Positions 1 to 15,421 of a DNA stretch of 64,000 nucleotides are shown here, piece after piece. This DNA comes from the human T2T-CHM13v2.0 reference genome, Homo sapiens, in assembly GCF_009914755.1 (NCBI RefSeq), contig NC_060936.1; one strand, 5' to 3'. Each line of letters opens with the position of its first letter. Position 1 is the first letter of the stretch. The notes under the pieces were generated by a model that did not search any database, had not been told where the DNA came from, and worked only from the letters and a program-made list of their open reading frames with translations. The position numbers and the translations under genes are program-made.

Positions 1-1760
1 ATGGCTTCACCCTGCCAGGCGGCCTAATTGATATTTAGGTCGACCTCAATTCAAGTCCATGCAGAGCCAAACTGAAGAAGAAGAAGAAAAAAAAAAACCC
101 AAAGGTTCCATCTTCAAATAAAGAAACACAGGACTTTTGGAAATAGCACATCTAAGCCGAGCCCACCGTCTGACTCTGCACTGCCCAGGTGTAGAATGAG
201 GTCCCCTGGGCCTGGGGTTAGAGGGATCACAGGTTGCGGAAATCCGACGGAGCTGGAGCCCGGAGGTGTAATTTTCCATCTCCACACCAGGGGGCAGCCT
301 GGCACCTTCCACGACAGATGGAAAATTTTCCGGGCCTTGGCCCATCCGAGCATCCGCAGCGCCTTATTACTGTACTCTGTATTAGCATGGCGGTAAATTT
401 AGCAGCATAAACAACAACAACAAAAAAAATCAAAAAGTCAAGACATGTGACAGAGCTAAAAATAATTGTGTCTGAAATCCCTAATGTGAAATGGGGAACT
501 TTTCACTCCGAATCTAAACCCAAATCCAACCCAGAGACCTCCGGGAACGTCCTGGCCGTTGGGTTTGACAGAGCTCCAAATCCTCACCCCTTAGGTGCTA
601 TTTTTTTTTTTTTTTTTTTTTTTAAGAACGAAAGCGGAGTCCGTGAAAGCTGGGAGGGAATGCAGGACACCATGGGGGCCTTCTAGGGACCAGGCCCTTG
701 CAAGAACCATCCCTGGTGTAAACCTCGCAGCAGCGCCAAGGGAAGGGGCTTGGCTCTCAGCCCATTTTACACACGAGAAAACTGAGGCTCAGTAATGGAA
801 CAGGGCTGGCCTTATGGTCACACACATAAAGAGGCAGGCTCCAGAGCCCTCTGTGTCCCTCAGGACTGCCCGTCAGCACCCCATAATCGCTGCCTTCTCC
901 CTAAAGGTACACATGAGCAGCAAAGAGCTCCAGCCTTTGAACTTGCTTGTCCCACCGGCGAGAGCTCTTCTGTCAGCTTTAGGCATAAACAGCCCTTTCC
1001 GTTCCTTCAGGTGTCACCTCTGCCCAAGCTCCTCTCAATGCCACCATCACGCCGCCCTGCTTTCTTTCCTTGGTGGCACTTTGCTATCTCACAAATCATC
1101 CTGTTTATTGGTTTCCATGGTTACGCCTCCCCCCCACCACCACCACACACCCATCATGTCAGCTCAAGAGAGCACGGGCTTTGCCTGTCATTTCCCCAGC
1201 GTTCAGATCCGTGCCTGGCATACAGTCGGTGCTCAATACATTTTTCTTGGTCTTTCAATAAACCAACATCCTTGGTGGTTAAACGCCAGGCCACTAAAAA
1301 TAAATCCCAAGTCCTTTTCCAAGCGGGCACAGTGCACCTGCAGGACCGGGTCCCTGGTTGTGTTATTAAGGTTCTCGGGTGAGCACACCCCGTGCGGGTA
1401 ATGAAATCGCGGCAGCCACAGCCAGCAGCCCCGACGCCTTCCCGCCGTTGCCAGGGCGACCATTGTCATAACATCCCTGGCGCTTGGCGGCCCAGCTGAC
1501 GGGGGAGAGAATTATTTGACTGGAGAACGTCTCAAGTAACCGGCCAATTTGCATCCACAAGAAAATCCCCTGCTGAGGGAGGGCTGGAGGCCTGGGAGAG
1601 GCGCCCTTCCTTCTCTCCCCAGCCCTGGATCCCAATGAGAACCGGATCCCTGAGGCCAGGCAGAGGGACCCAACAGTCTGGGGCAGTCCCGCCGAATGCT
1701 GGAACACAGGCAGCTGCCTCTGCAGGAAGGAAGAGCCCCCCTCTCCGCTGTCTCACTATT
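1..1760. promoter_or_regulatory. CpG-enriched, mostly unique region (CpG-island edge or enhancer-like)
   Basis: Many retained CpGs at ~150-700 and ~1280-1750; X-box-like GTTGCCAGGGCGAC 1447-1460, SOX-like CATTGTC 1461-1467, octamer ATTTGCAT 1547-1554. Confidence 0.5.
1160..1245 (+). mobile_element. L2 3' end fragment
   Basis: ...GTGCCTGGCATACAGTCGGTGCTCAATA resembles the L2 terminus. Confidence 0.6.
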
Positions 1761-2075
1761 GCTGATGGTTTTTCCTTTTCTCTACGTTATTACTGCTGAT
1801 GGATATTACAAACAATAGAAAAAAGGGTTTATATATTTAATGAGCACTTACTAGACAGCAGGTCCAGTAGTAATAACTTCCTTACACGATCCTTATAATT
1901 TTAACATTTACACAATAATACATTATGTCATATTTATACTATATATGTATACTGTATAATGTCATCATAGCAGTCATAGATCTCCCATATGTGATAATTC
2001 ATATATAATACATAATATAATTTGAAATATATATATTTATATATATATAACAATATTTATATTATGCAACATACA

Positions 2076-2674
<599 letters not shown>

Positions 2675-2809
2675 TATTATATATTTATAATAATAAAACT
2701 CACATTTGTTGATAGTTTTTATATGCTAGCCCTGTGCCTACTGCTTTGTGTTAATAACGCTGTTACTGATAAATTATTATACAATATATTCATAATCACA
2801 ATCATAGCT

Positions 2810-2975
2810 AAGTCTTATTGAGCACTTACTATGTGCTAAGTGCTTTATGAATATTATCTAATTGTCATATGCACTCTAAGGGCTAAGAACCATATTATTC
2901 CCATTTTGGAGATGAGAAAAAGAAGCACAGAGTAACAATGGAACTTGCCTAAGGTCACATGGATAAAACACAAGG
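2810..2975 (-). mobile_element. MIR
   Basis: MIR core CCCATTTTGGAGATGAG...AAGGTCACA. Confidence 0.7.
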
Positions 2976-3024
2976 AGGGAGGCTGCCCCCAAGCCTGTCC
3001 CCTTCCTTATTTTTCCATAGCACA

Positions 3025-3210
3025 GTTCAAAGTTGTCAAACTTTGTAGCAAGATCACCTGGGGAGCTTGTTAAAAATACACATGCCAAGCCCCAGCTTCA
3101 GCCCCAACCCAAGCCTACGGAATCAGGCACTCCTGGGGACAGGGGCTTCTCTTTTCTTGTCAACAAGGTCCCCAGATAGCTCAGACAGAGGCAGAGCTCA
3201 GAACCACTGC
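3025..3210. mobile_element. MER5A-like hAT-Charlie element
   Basis: ATCACCTGGGGAGCTTGTTAAAAAT...AGAACCACTG. Confidence 0.6.
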
Positions 3211-4754
3211 ATGGGGCTTTGCCGCCCGGCCCTATGAGAGATGGGTTCTTTATTTGTTGTAAATATCACAGTTCCCATTGGGTGATCTGATTAAATGAAT
3301 GAGTCTTGAGGGGCTGAGATGTGGAGAGGGCAGCTTTGAGTTGGGTATGCAAGACCAAGAATCCCAAAAAGAAGGAAGAGAAGCAAGGGGCAAAATAAGA
3401 ATTCAGGCAAACTTAACTTGCACCACCGTGCAAGAATTCAGGCAAACTTAACCTGCACTAATCACTCCCGGCCTTTTTGGAACCAAAGAGCCCTTCATGA
3501 AAAGTAAATCAATAATAACACACGCTTTCATCCAGGGCTGGCTTTTGCAGGGCAAAGCCAATCCGCCTAAATTCCCTCCCACTGGTCACCACCCCACATA
3601 ACACACACACTACCTGCCCCCTCTTAATCATTCACCGGGGGCCAAGCTGGACAGAGAAATATCAGCTTGCAGAGTGGGGACCCACCCTCAGCACCCACAT
3701 TTTGAACCATGGGACCTCCTGCAAGTGGCAAAAAATAGATGATGTTGTTAAAAATAAAATAAAAATTGGTGGCAGGTGCTGTACTAGGGGAGGCAAGGCT
3801 AGGAGGAGGTAGGCAGAAGTTCTGAGACTTCCACGCCTGTGGCCCCTGCACTGCTGGGGGTACTGAGAGCAGGACGCCAAGCAGCAGCCAGAGAGACATG
3901 CTGCTGGGGCTACTGTAAGCAATGCGTTGCCTTATTAGCTATGGCTGAACTAAGAAGCAAGCAGAGTTAAGATCCCAGACTCGAGGTAAGAGCAGATGAA
4001 TCTGGGATAAAACACACATGTCCTGAAAGCAGGTCTCACTGCAGCAATTGCTAAGCAGCTTCCCACTTTGGCCACAGAGGCTGTTCCATCTAGAGCTGCA
4101 GAGAGGAACTCCTCCCAACAGAGAGGCAACTTACCACATACAGCTATTTACGGTCACGCTGGAATTAACAAAAGTTACATAAACAATCAACATAGTGAAC
4201 AAACAAAGGCCATAGACGCATAGTGAATCAACATGCATCCTATCGGGGTCGTGGATAAAAAATCCAGACAACACGCCCACCGAAATCACTGGTCATTATG
4301 TGACCTCAGGCAATCAGGGAATTCAACTCCCCTCCTACTGCCTGGAAAAAAAATTCGTTAGAATTTAACCCTAGAATTGTGTGACATAACCCAGTATTCT
4401 TAATGGGGTGCATCTTGAAGTTCTAGGAAGATCCAGAATGAATTATAGGTATATTTCAGATAAATAATCCCATGATATTAATATTTGAATTAAAGAGATC
4501 ATACATTTTGGGAATTTTATTTTATGTTCTTTTAATGTTATATAATTTAGCCAGTTAGAGTAAGAGTTCACCTTTCTAAGTCTAATTTGAAATGTGTAAC
4601 TGAATAACTAATTTAGACATGTATTTTAAATTGAAATTCTATTCAATTTATGTACAATATTATTAATAGAAAGCAACTTAAGGCTAGGCATATTTATAAG
4701 TTTAATTTTTCAGGCTTATGGGTTACATAAGTAGTTGAGAAGGCTTGTCTGTCA

Positions 4755-5054
<300 letters not shown>

Positions 5055-5105
5055 TTAATTAACCAACGTTGCAATTGGGAGCACACATTATATAAAATCT
5101 CCTTA

Positions 5106-5513
<408 letters not shown>

Positions 5514-5539
5514 TTAAATATTAATTTCTAAAACCAAAA

Positions 5540-5680
5540 TATAATTACATGAAAGTAAAAATTCAGTTCCTTGATCACACCAACTATCTTTCAAATGCTC
5601 AATAGCTGCTTGTAGCCAGTGGCTCTTGTACTAGACGGTGCAGACACAGAATATAGCCATCGTCTCATGGGGAGTTTCTT
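5540..5680. mobile_element. MER3/MER33-type hAT-Charlie terminus
   Basis: AAAATTCAGTTCC...TGCTCAATAGC...AGCCAGTGGCT. Confidence 0.6.
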
Positions 5681-5985
5681 CTAAATCTGCAGACAATTTT
5701 TTAGCAGATCTCTTGGGAAAAAGCACCCCAAGCCCCCCCACCAAAGAGACAATTTAACTCTTTCTATTATATTCAGAATTGTCCTAATGGAAAATACAGG
5801 CTCCTGAAGAAAATGAGACAAGTTATGAGGCAGACCTGGGCTGGGAGGGATGGAAAACAAGGCAGAGAATGCTGGCCATGAAATTTACCCTAGGCCAAGG
5901 ACGACCCAGAAAACCTGCCGGAGGAAGCCGTAAACATCCACTAACCCCTCCTCATATTATTTTATGACAGAATTTTGCCAGATTC

Positions 5986-6323
<338 letters not shown>

Positions 6324-6899
6324 ACCAGATTTCAAGTATCTCAAGGGCCGGGGCCTTGTTTTTGTCATCTTTGCATCCTCCCAACAATGAACATGATGAG
6401 TTTCCCCGGAATAATTAAAACTATGGAATGGATTCATGAATCAATGAATGAATGAATGATGTGCAAGAATGAAGGCCTTTTCCGTAAGCAACAACCACAA
6501 ATGCCTAATTGGTCCAGGGTTCAGATTCATGGTCTCAACTCTGGGTTACTTTTTGTTAGTGTTTGTTTTGGTTTGTTTGAGGGTACAGAGGGGGCTTGGT
6601 GAGGAAGAGACAGAAACACTACAGACCGGCCACTCCAACCAGCTGCTCCTACCTAGAGATGAGGTGTTGTCAGCAGACAGAAGTGAAAAGCAATTCTTTC
6701 CAGAGAGAAAGATCCTTTTCACTATGTAACCCTTGTTAGTATGGTGACTGTCCCACCAAGTCTGTGCTATAAGCCCCGCTGTGTCATTTCTCCCAAGAAT
6801 CTCAACAGCTAGAAAGTGACAACAACATTCCCCATTTTGCTCAGGCTCTTTCTGTATAATATCTTGAATTCTTCTTATGAAATTCTTATGAACCTATAA

Positions 6900-7040
6900 C
6901 ATTGGCCACATTATCCTCATTTTACAAATGAGGAAATGGAGGTCAGCTGACTTGCCTTGCACAATGCCAGCTGGACAACAGCAGAGCTGACCCCAGCCTG
7001 TCTGGCTCCAAAGCTGCTGTCTTTCCACAAGCCATGGTGA
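6900..7040 (-). mobile_element. MIR
   Basis: CTCATTTTACAAATGAGGAAATGGAGG core. Confidence 0.7.
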
Positions 7041-7757
7041 CCATCTGAGTTGGGAAGAGACAGAGCCATAGGCCAAGGTTGAGAATTGAAGTCCAGCAGG
7101 GTCTGTTAGTGACTCAATGCATCTTTGCCCAATTAATATTAATATTTCTTGAGGTTGTGAGAAGAGAGAACAGAAGACTGAATGGTTTAGGGCCACACAC
7201 CCAGTACCAAAGTCCTCCTATTCAGGGCTGCTCCAAAGAGATGCTGGAGTGTCCTGCGCATATTTACAAAAGGATATACATTTCCCTGAAATCTCAAAAG
7301 CAACTGTAAGTCTCAGGATGGAAATGCCATGGCAGTTAGAGAAGGACAGACCACTCTAAGAGGAAAGTACCTTGCACTTTCCAACAAGGCTCTCAAGGGG
7401 CTCAGAGTCCAGTGGAGCAGACAGGGACGTGCACAGCTCCCTCAGCACACTGCAGGGGGCAATAGGCACCATAGTAGCAGCACAGGCCAAGTGTTCAAAG
7501 GACAGGGAGATGGTTTCTGGGAAAGACAATCTGAGAAAGCTCTCTGGAGGAGGTGGCATATAAGCCAGGCCTTGACAAGCACTCATAACTTCCCATTTCC
7601 AAATTGCCGTTCAACTACCATCTACACACACAAACACACCCACACTGGCTTCCACCTGAGCAGAGATGAGTCACATTTGGATAGGAATGTTGAACTGCAT
7701 GAACCTTGAGGTTCCTTTTAACCCTGGAATTTTATGGTTACAGGGATCTGAGAACTA

Positions 7758-8390
7758 ACCATTCTTCCATCCATCCATCCATCCACTCATCCTTGCAACC
7801 ATACACCCATACATCTAGCCATCTATCCATTCATCCATCCAACCACCCATCCAACCATCCATCCAACAATCCATCCATCCTTCCATCTATCCATCCATCC
7901 ATCCATCCAACAATCCATCTATCCATTTATTCATCCAACCATTCAACAATCCATCCATCCAACCATCCATGCAAGCATCCATCCATCCATCCAACCACCC
8001 ACCCAACCACCCATCCATCCATCCATCCAACAATCCATCCATCCATCTGTTCATTTATTCATCCATCCATCTATTCACTTATTCATCCATCCATCTATTC
8101 ATTTATTCATCCATCCATCCAACAATCCATCCATCCAATCATCCATGCAGGCATCCATCCATCCACCCATCCATTCATCCATCCAACCATCCATCCATCC
8201 AATTATTCATGCAACCATCCATTCAATCCAACCATACATCCAAGCAACCATCCATTCAATCCAACCATACAGTCAACCATCCATCCATTCATCCAACCAT
8301 TCATCCATCCATCTCTCCCTCCCTCCCTCCATTCATCTATCCATCCATTCATCCCTTCAACCATCCATCCATTCAGCTATCTATCCATCT
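7758..8390. repeat. Degenerate (CATC)n/(GGAT)n tetranucleotide array
   Basis: ~630 bp of CCAT/CCAA/TCAT variants. Confidence 0.95.
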
Positions 8391-8669
8391 GTCAAATAAA
8401 AGTATTTCACTCCTGGTACCCATCTAGCACCATATATTAAAAACATAAGGAAACTGGGATTGACTATCATCTTAAAAGCCAATTACATCACATCAGGCAT
8501 ATCAGGCCATGCAGAACTGTTACATCCAAGTGATACAAATTATAATTACTGTTATTAATAATAAAAAACAGTTTGCAACCAAACACATAGTAGAATCAGA
8601 TAAGATAATGTTTCTAAAATGCCTCTCACAGTGCCTGGCACATAGTAGATGACGAAAAGTTGATTTCCT

Positions 8670-9300
<631 letters not shown>

Positions 9301-10520
9301 AAACAGGAAAATAATGCCGTTTGTCCTGCAAAGCAACCTAGTGAGAAATGGGTCTGGCCAATGTCACTGTGCCCATCTTACAAATAGAAAAACAGAGGCT
9401 CCAGACAATGAAGGGCCTCCTCCATGTCGTCAGGACCTCAAACTCTGAACTCACCCAGGCTGAAGGTGTGCTCCCCGCTCCTGCCTCTAAATGATAGTGC
9501 CCCTCCTGCAGATTACATCTCGGCACAATTCCCAATCCCAGAGCAAAACAACACAGGCAAAAGGAAGAGAGAAAAAGGGACATGAGAATGAGAATGAGAA
9601 TGAGACCTTGCCAGCTCTCAGCACAATGTTCTCTGTGACACATACTCAAGTTGGCATGAACCTTTTCAGCTCTGCATCAGAGAGGCAAAATCCTCCACCA
9701 TGCCAGCTCTCGCTAGAACTGAACACAGTCTTCTGAAAGGGAAATTTCTAAAGTTCTCTTGCTTGTAGCAGCAAGGGGGAGAAGCATCTTGGAATCCTGA
9801 TGACCAGCAAGCTCCACATATTAAGTTTCCACCAAAAGTTGATACTCAGAAGAGATGCCAAAAACACTGCCTTGAGACCAAAGAAACACACAATCTTCTA
9901 ATTCTGGTGGATGTGCAAGTTGTTATACCTTTATGAAAAGCAATCTAGCAAGAGCATTACAAACTCAAGTTAGATGTCCTTTGACCTCTGTGGCTGTGGC
10001 ATAGCGAGTGGAAAGAAGTGATGTAGAGTCTAAGTGCTGCACTGCCGAGACCTCTGTAAAACCCACTTTGGGGAAGGAGGCACTAGAATTCACCAGCCAT
10101 CTCTGTTTCCTTCTTCTCTACCATCTGCTCCGTTCCTCTTTACTTTAAACCTCACCAGCAACAAATGGATTAGAAACAACCATAGCACCTGCCGTGTAGG
10201 AAAACTGCACAGAACTAACACCTTTCTGTCTTCCCCACCGACACGCAGCAGGTAACACCAGAGGATGCTCCTGCCCAGAGGAGGGAGCACAGATCAAGCC
10301 GAATATCCTTGGATATGTTACTTCACCCACCCGGGCCTCAGTTTCCACTGCCCGGGGGACACACAACAGCCCTGTTGCATGTGGATGATGAAGCTCTGAG
10401 AGGCTTCTGAGAGGCTCTGAGAGGCTAAGTGACCCCTCTAGGGTTCCACAGCTGAGAGTGACATGGCTGGACCTGGAATCCAGGTCTTTCCGATAGAGAT
10501 CTTAGGGGTCACTACTGCCC

Positions 10521-10752
10521 CTATTTATTGAGTGCTTTCTACGTAGAAGGCATGACGCCAAGCACTTTCCATGCAGATCTCATTTAATCCACATAATAAC
10601 TCTGTGAAGTAGGGTTCATGCTCACTTATCACATTTTGCAGATAAGGAAACTGACACAGAGAGGCTAGGCAGTTTACCCACACAGCCAGGAAAGGTGGAG
10701 CCAGAAGATGAATCAGGTCTAGCTGAGAACCCAGGCTCCTAGCCACTGTACC
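10521..10752 (-). mobile_element. MIR (near full length)
   Basis: TTTATTGAGTGCT...GATAAGGAAACTGA...TAGCCACTG. Confidence 0.8.
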
Positions 10753-10929
10753 ACCCTGCTGGGGTTATCTCTGGGGAAAAGTGTGTGTCTGTTTTTTTAT
10801 AATATGCATATATTTATAGGTGTGTATAAACACATATGTAATATATACATATATGTGCATGCTTATATACCTATAATTATATATGTGTATTATATGTAAT
10901 TATATGTATATAATATATACATAGGTATT

Positions 10930-11511
<582 letters not shown>

Positions 11512-11615
11512 TTATATATGTATGTTTATATAGCTATAAATATATGTAATTATACAGGTATATACCTATAAATATATGTAGTATATATTTCATATACATA
11601 ATTTACATAGACATA

Positions 11616-11945
11616 CAGTCATGCACCCCATAATGATGTTTCTATCAGTGACAAATCATATATATGATATGGTTCCAAAAAATTATAATACTGTGCTTTT
11701 CCCATGCCTTTGCTATGTTTAGGTACACAGATACCATTGTGTTACCATTGCCTACAGTATTCAGTACAGTAACATGTTGTGCAGGTTTGTGGCTGGGAGC
11801 AATAGGCTCTATCGTACAGCCTAGATGTGAAGTAGGCTATGCCATCTAACGCTTGTGTAAGTACACTCCCTGATGTTTACACAATGAAATCACCTAACAA
11901 TGCATTTCTCAGAACGTATCCCCGTCATTTAGCGACATATGACAG
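11616..11945. mobile_element. Tigger3a/MER7A
   Basis: TA-CAGTCATG...CATATGACAG-TA terminal repeats with TA TSD. Confidence 0.85.
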
Positions 11946-12151
11946 TATACATATAATTATATATAATATAATCACATATGTAAATGTACATAATATACAC
12001 ATGTCTATTATATGACATCTATACATAACAATATACATACACACATATAGATGTTGAGATGTAATTGTTACATCCTTCTTTTTCTGTTTCTTTTTTGCTA
12101 TGTATATTTTATCTCATGTGCATGTATTACCTGGCTTATTAAAAAAAATAG

Positions 12152-12492
<341 letters not shown>

Positions 12493-12495
12493 GGA

Positions 12496-12669
12496 TTTTT
12501 TTTTCTTTTCTTCTTTTTCGGTTTTTGTTTTGTTTTGTTTCATTTTGTTTTGTAGAGACAAGGTCTTGCTATGTTGCCCAGGCTGGTCTTAAACTCCTGG
12601 GCTCAAGCAACCCTCCTGCCTTGGCCTCCCAACTGCTGGGATTACAGGCACGAGTGACGGCACCTGGCC
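12496..12669 (-). mobile_element. FLAM/Alu left monomer
   Basis: Monomer with (TTTTG)n tail. Confidence 0.9.
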
Positions 12670-12844
12670 CCTTGACTTCCTTTCCATCAAGAGACTAAGA
12701 ATCAGGCCAGGAGGGAGAGGTTCAGGTGAAGTTTACATGCAAACCCAACTAGGTCAAATCCAGCATACCCAGGCCTGGTGGAACCACATGGAGCAGAACA
12801 GGCCCTTGACCAGTCCTGAGAATCCAGTGTTTCAACAGGAGGTT

Positions 12845-13307
12845 CTGTGTTAGGGAACTAAAAACCCTCCCCAAAGTGGCTTCAACAAAGGAATTGTTTA
12901 GTTACACAGCAATAATCCAGCAGCATGGTGGCTGCCAGGGTTGCTTCACTCAGTGGCTCATCAGCAGTATCAAGGGCCCTGGTAGGGTTGAGATGGCTGT
13001 GGCATTTCCATGTGGGCATCAGCAGAAGAATGACCATTCTCACCAATGTTTCCTTTCATGCATTAAAAAATAAAAATAAAAAAAAATTTTAAAAAACTCT
13101 CCTCCACTGGCCACCCCTCATATCCCACTGGCCAGGAGTGGGCAGCCACATGGCTATGATCAACCAGTGATTGCAAAGGGAACGTCACTGGCCTAGACCA
13201 GTCATGAGCGACATTGTCTCAAGAGCAGGCTGCTCAGATGAGCAAGAACAAAACTGGATTCAGGAAGCAAGGATGACTTTGGATAGGCAAACAGAGTGTC
13301 TTCCACA
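12845..13307 (-). mobile_element. MLT1K-like MaLR LTR
   Basis: Diverged MLT1 motifs; ends ...TGTCTTCCACA. Confidence 0.5.
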
Positions 13308-13589
13308 CCCAGTGCCTACCTGAAGAAGGGCTTAATGCTTCGTAACAATATTTCCAAGTGTAGCCTTTTCTCCAGCCCCAAAACCCTTTTGAGAATAACC
13401 ACCAAACTACCAGCATTCTTCAGTTTTCATTTAGATATTTGATCTTCAGTTTTTACGTAGGGCACTTTCAACCATTCTCTTGGAGGCCAGATTCAACCCT
13501 GGACAATGCTTCTGGGAATATTCAAAGACACAAACACAAATTTGTATATTTGTATTCAAATATACAAATAAATGTTCCACCATATATCA

Positions 13590-14280
13590 AAAGTATGCTC
13601 TCCAAAAGGACAAATACTCTATGACTCCACCTACATGAGGTGCCCAGAATTGCCAAATTCACAACAGAAAGTACACAAGAGATTAGGAGTGGGAGTGATG
13701 GGGAGTGTTCTGAATGTGTGTCCCCAAAAGCCATATATTGAATCCCTAACTCCCAGTTTGATGGTATTTGGAGATGGGGGCCTAGGGAGTGATTAGCTTT
13801 AGATGAAGACCTGAGGGTGAAGCCTCCATGATGGGATCAGTGTCCTTCTAGGAACAGGAAGAAACCAGAACTTTCTCTCCACCATGTGAGGACACAGAAA
13901 GAAGGTGGCCGTCTGCAAGCCAAGAATAGAGCCCTCACCAGAACCTGGAACCTGACCATGCTGACAACCTGGTCTTGAACTTCCCAGCCTCCAGAACGGT
14001 AAGAAGTAAATTTCCATTTTTTTCTATATATGGGAAAATAAATTTAGATTTTATTTCTATTGCTTAAGCCATCCAGTCTATGGTATTTTGTTACGGCAGC
14101 CCAAGTTGACTAAGTCAGGGAGTTAGTGAATTTCATTTTGGGGTGATGAAAAAGTTTGAGATGGATAGTGGTGATGGTTACACAACAATATGAATGCACT
14201 TAATGCCACTGAACTGTAAACTCAAAAATGATTAAAATGGTAAACATTATGTTACATATAATTTACCACAATATTTAAAA
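13590..14280 (+). mobile_element. L1MB 3' end, interrupted by an LTR
   Basis: GGACAAATACT...GATAGTGGTGATGGTTACACAAC...ACTTAATGCCACTGAAC. Confidence 0.85.
13706..14117 (+). mobile_element. MLT1A-type solo LTR
   Basis: TG...CA termini; 5-bp TSD GGGAG. Confidence 0.9.
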
Positions 14281-14991
14281 ATGAATGCTCCCACAGGTCT
14301 TATAGTGTCTGTCTTACAGGTATGGAAACCAAAGTGCAATCAGGCACTTGAATGATGCACCCAGCATCTTCCATGCAAGTTATGGGTGGAGGTAGAATTG
14401 GAACCCAGGTCACCTAACTCCAAGGACGGTGTGCCCCTTCCGCAGCTCAGATGCCTCTCCCAACTCAGGCCACATGTAGAAGGAAAATCCAAGCATGAGA
14501 GGCAGTTCACCAGCAACGGAAATCAGATCTCTTGTGGTTATTATTAGCAGGGCGAGCAGCCGGGTGTGGAGGGGACCAGCTGTGAAACTCTCATGGGAGG
14601 GGAAGCCAAGGTGAAGTGGAGGGAACTCGTGCCCCCACATCACAGCAGCAAGCTCTGCAGTTACAGAGACCTCAAACTTTCCATCAACAATCCTCACTCG
14701 CAGCCTCTTAGCTCTTGGGGGGAAATTAACACAGGTCCCAGGGCTGAGATTTTCCATGTTTAGTTTCAACCCAAAGGAAAATTTTGTTAGAAAGTTGAAA
14801 GAGTGTGACTATTTTTAAATAACGAGACGTGGGGCCATAGTGTCAGCACAGTCAAAAAGGTAAAAAACATTTGTATCTTGCTTTCTTCCACCCTCCCCTT
14901 CAATTCAGATGGATAGACTGCAGAAGAAAACAAGGGAAGTTAACACTTCATTCAGAGCTTGCCAAATGTCAGGAACTTGCTTTATCCTAGA

Positions 14992-15210
14992 CCAGGAGTT
15001 CTCAACTATAAGTGATTTTGTCCTCCAGGGGACTTTGGCAATGTCTATAAATATTTTGGTTGTCACAACTTGGAAGATGGGGAGCTGTTACTAAAATCTA
15101 GTGGGTAGAGACCAGAATTGCTCTTCAACATCTTTCAATACACAGGACAGATCCCACAACAGGGAGGTATTCACCCCCGAATATCAGTAGTGCCAAGGTT
15201 GAAACACCCT
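14992..15210. mobile_element. MER20
   Basis: GGGGACTTTGGCAATGTC...GTTGTCACAAC...TGCCAAGGTTGA. Confidence 0.85.
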
Positions 15211-15221
15211 CTCCTACTCTA

Positions 15222-15421
15222 AGAGTCCTCAAACTTGAGCATGCATTAGAAAGCCTTGGAGGGCTTGTGAAAACACAGATTGCTAGAATCCCCCCAACCC
15301 CTACTCCCTGCCACAGCTGCTGACTCAGTAGGTCTGGGGAACCATCCAACTTTGCGTTTCTAACAAGTTCCCAGGTGATGCTGATGCTGCTGGTCCAGGG
15401 ACCGCATTTTGAACAGCACTG
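15222..15421. mobile_element. MER5A
   Basis: GGAGGGCTTGTGAAAACACAGA...AACAAGTTCCCAGGTGATGCTGATGCTGC. Confidence 0.85.

Noticed and set aside
795-1401. Two 195-aa ORFs
   Set aside because: Overlapping frames in GC-rich DNA crossing an L2 remnant; no recognisable domain
7706-8440. 244-aa His/Pro/Ser/Ile-rich ORF and overlapping frames
   Set aside because: Translation of the (CATC)n array
10393-10426. CTCTGAGAGG triplet
   Set aside because: Minor slippage within a MIR remnant
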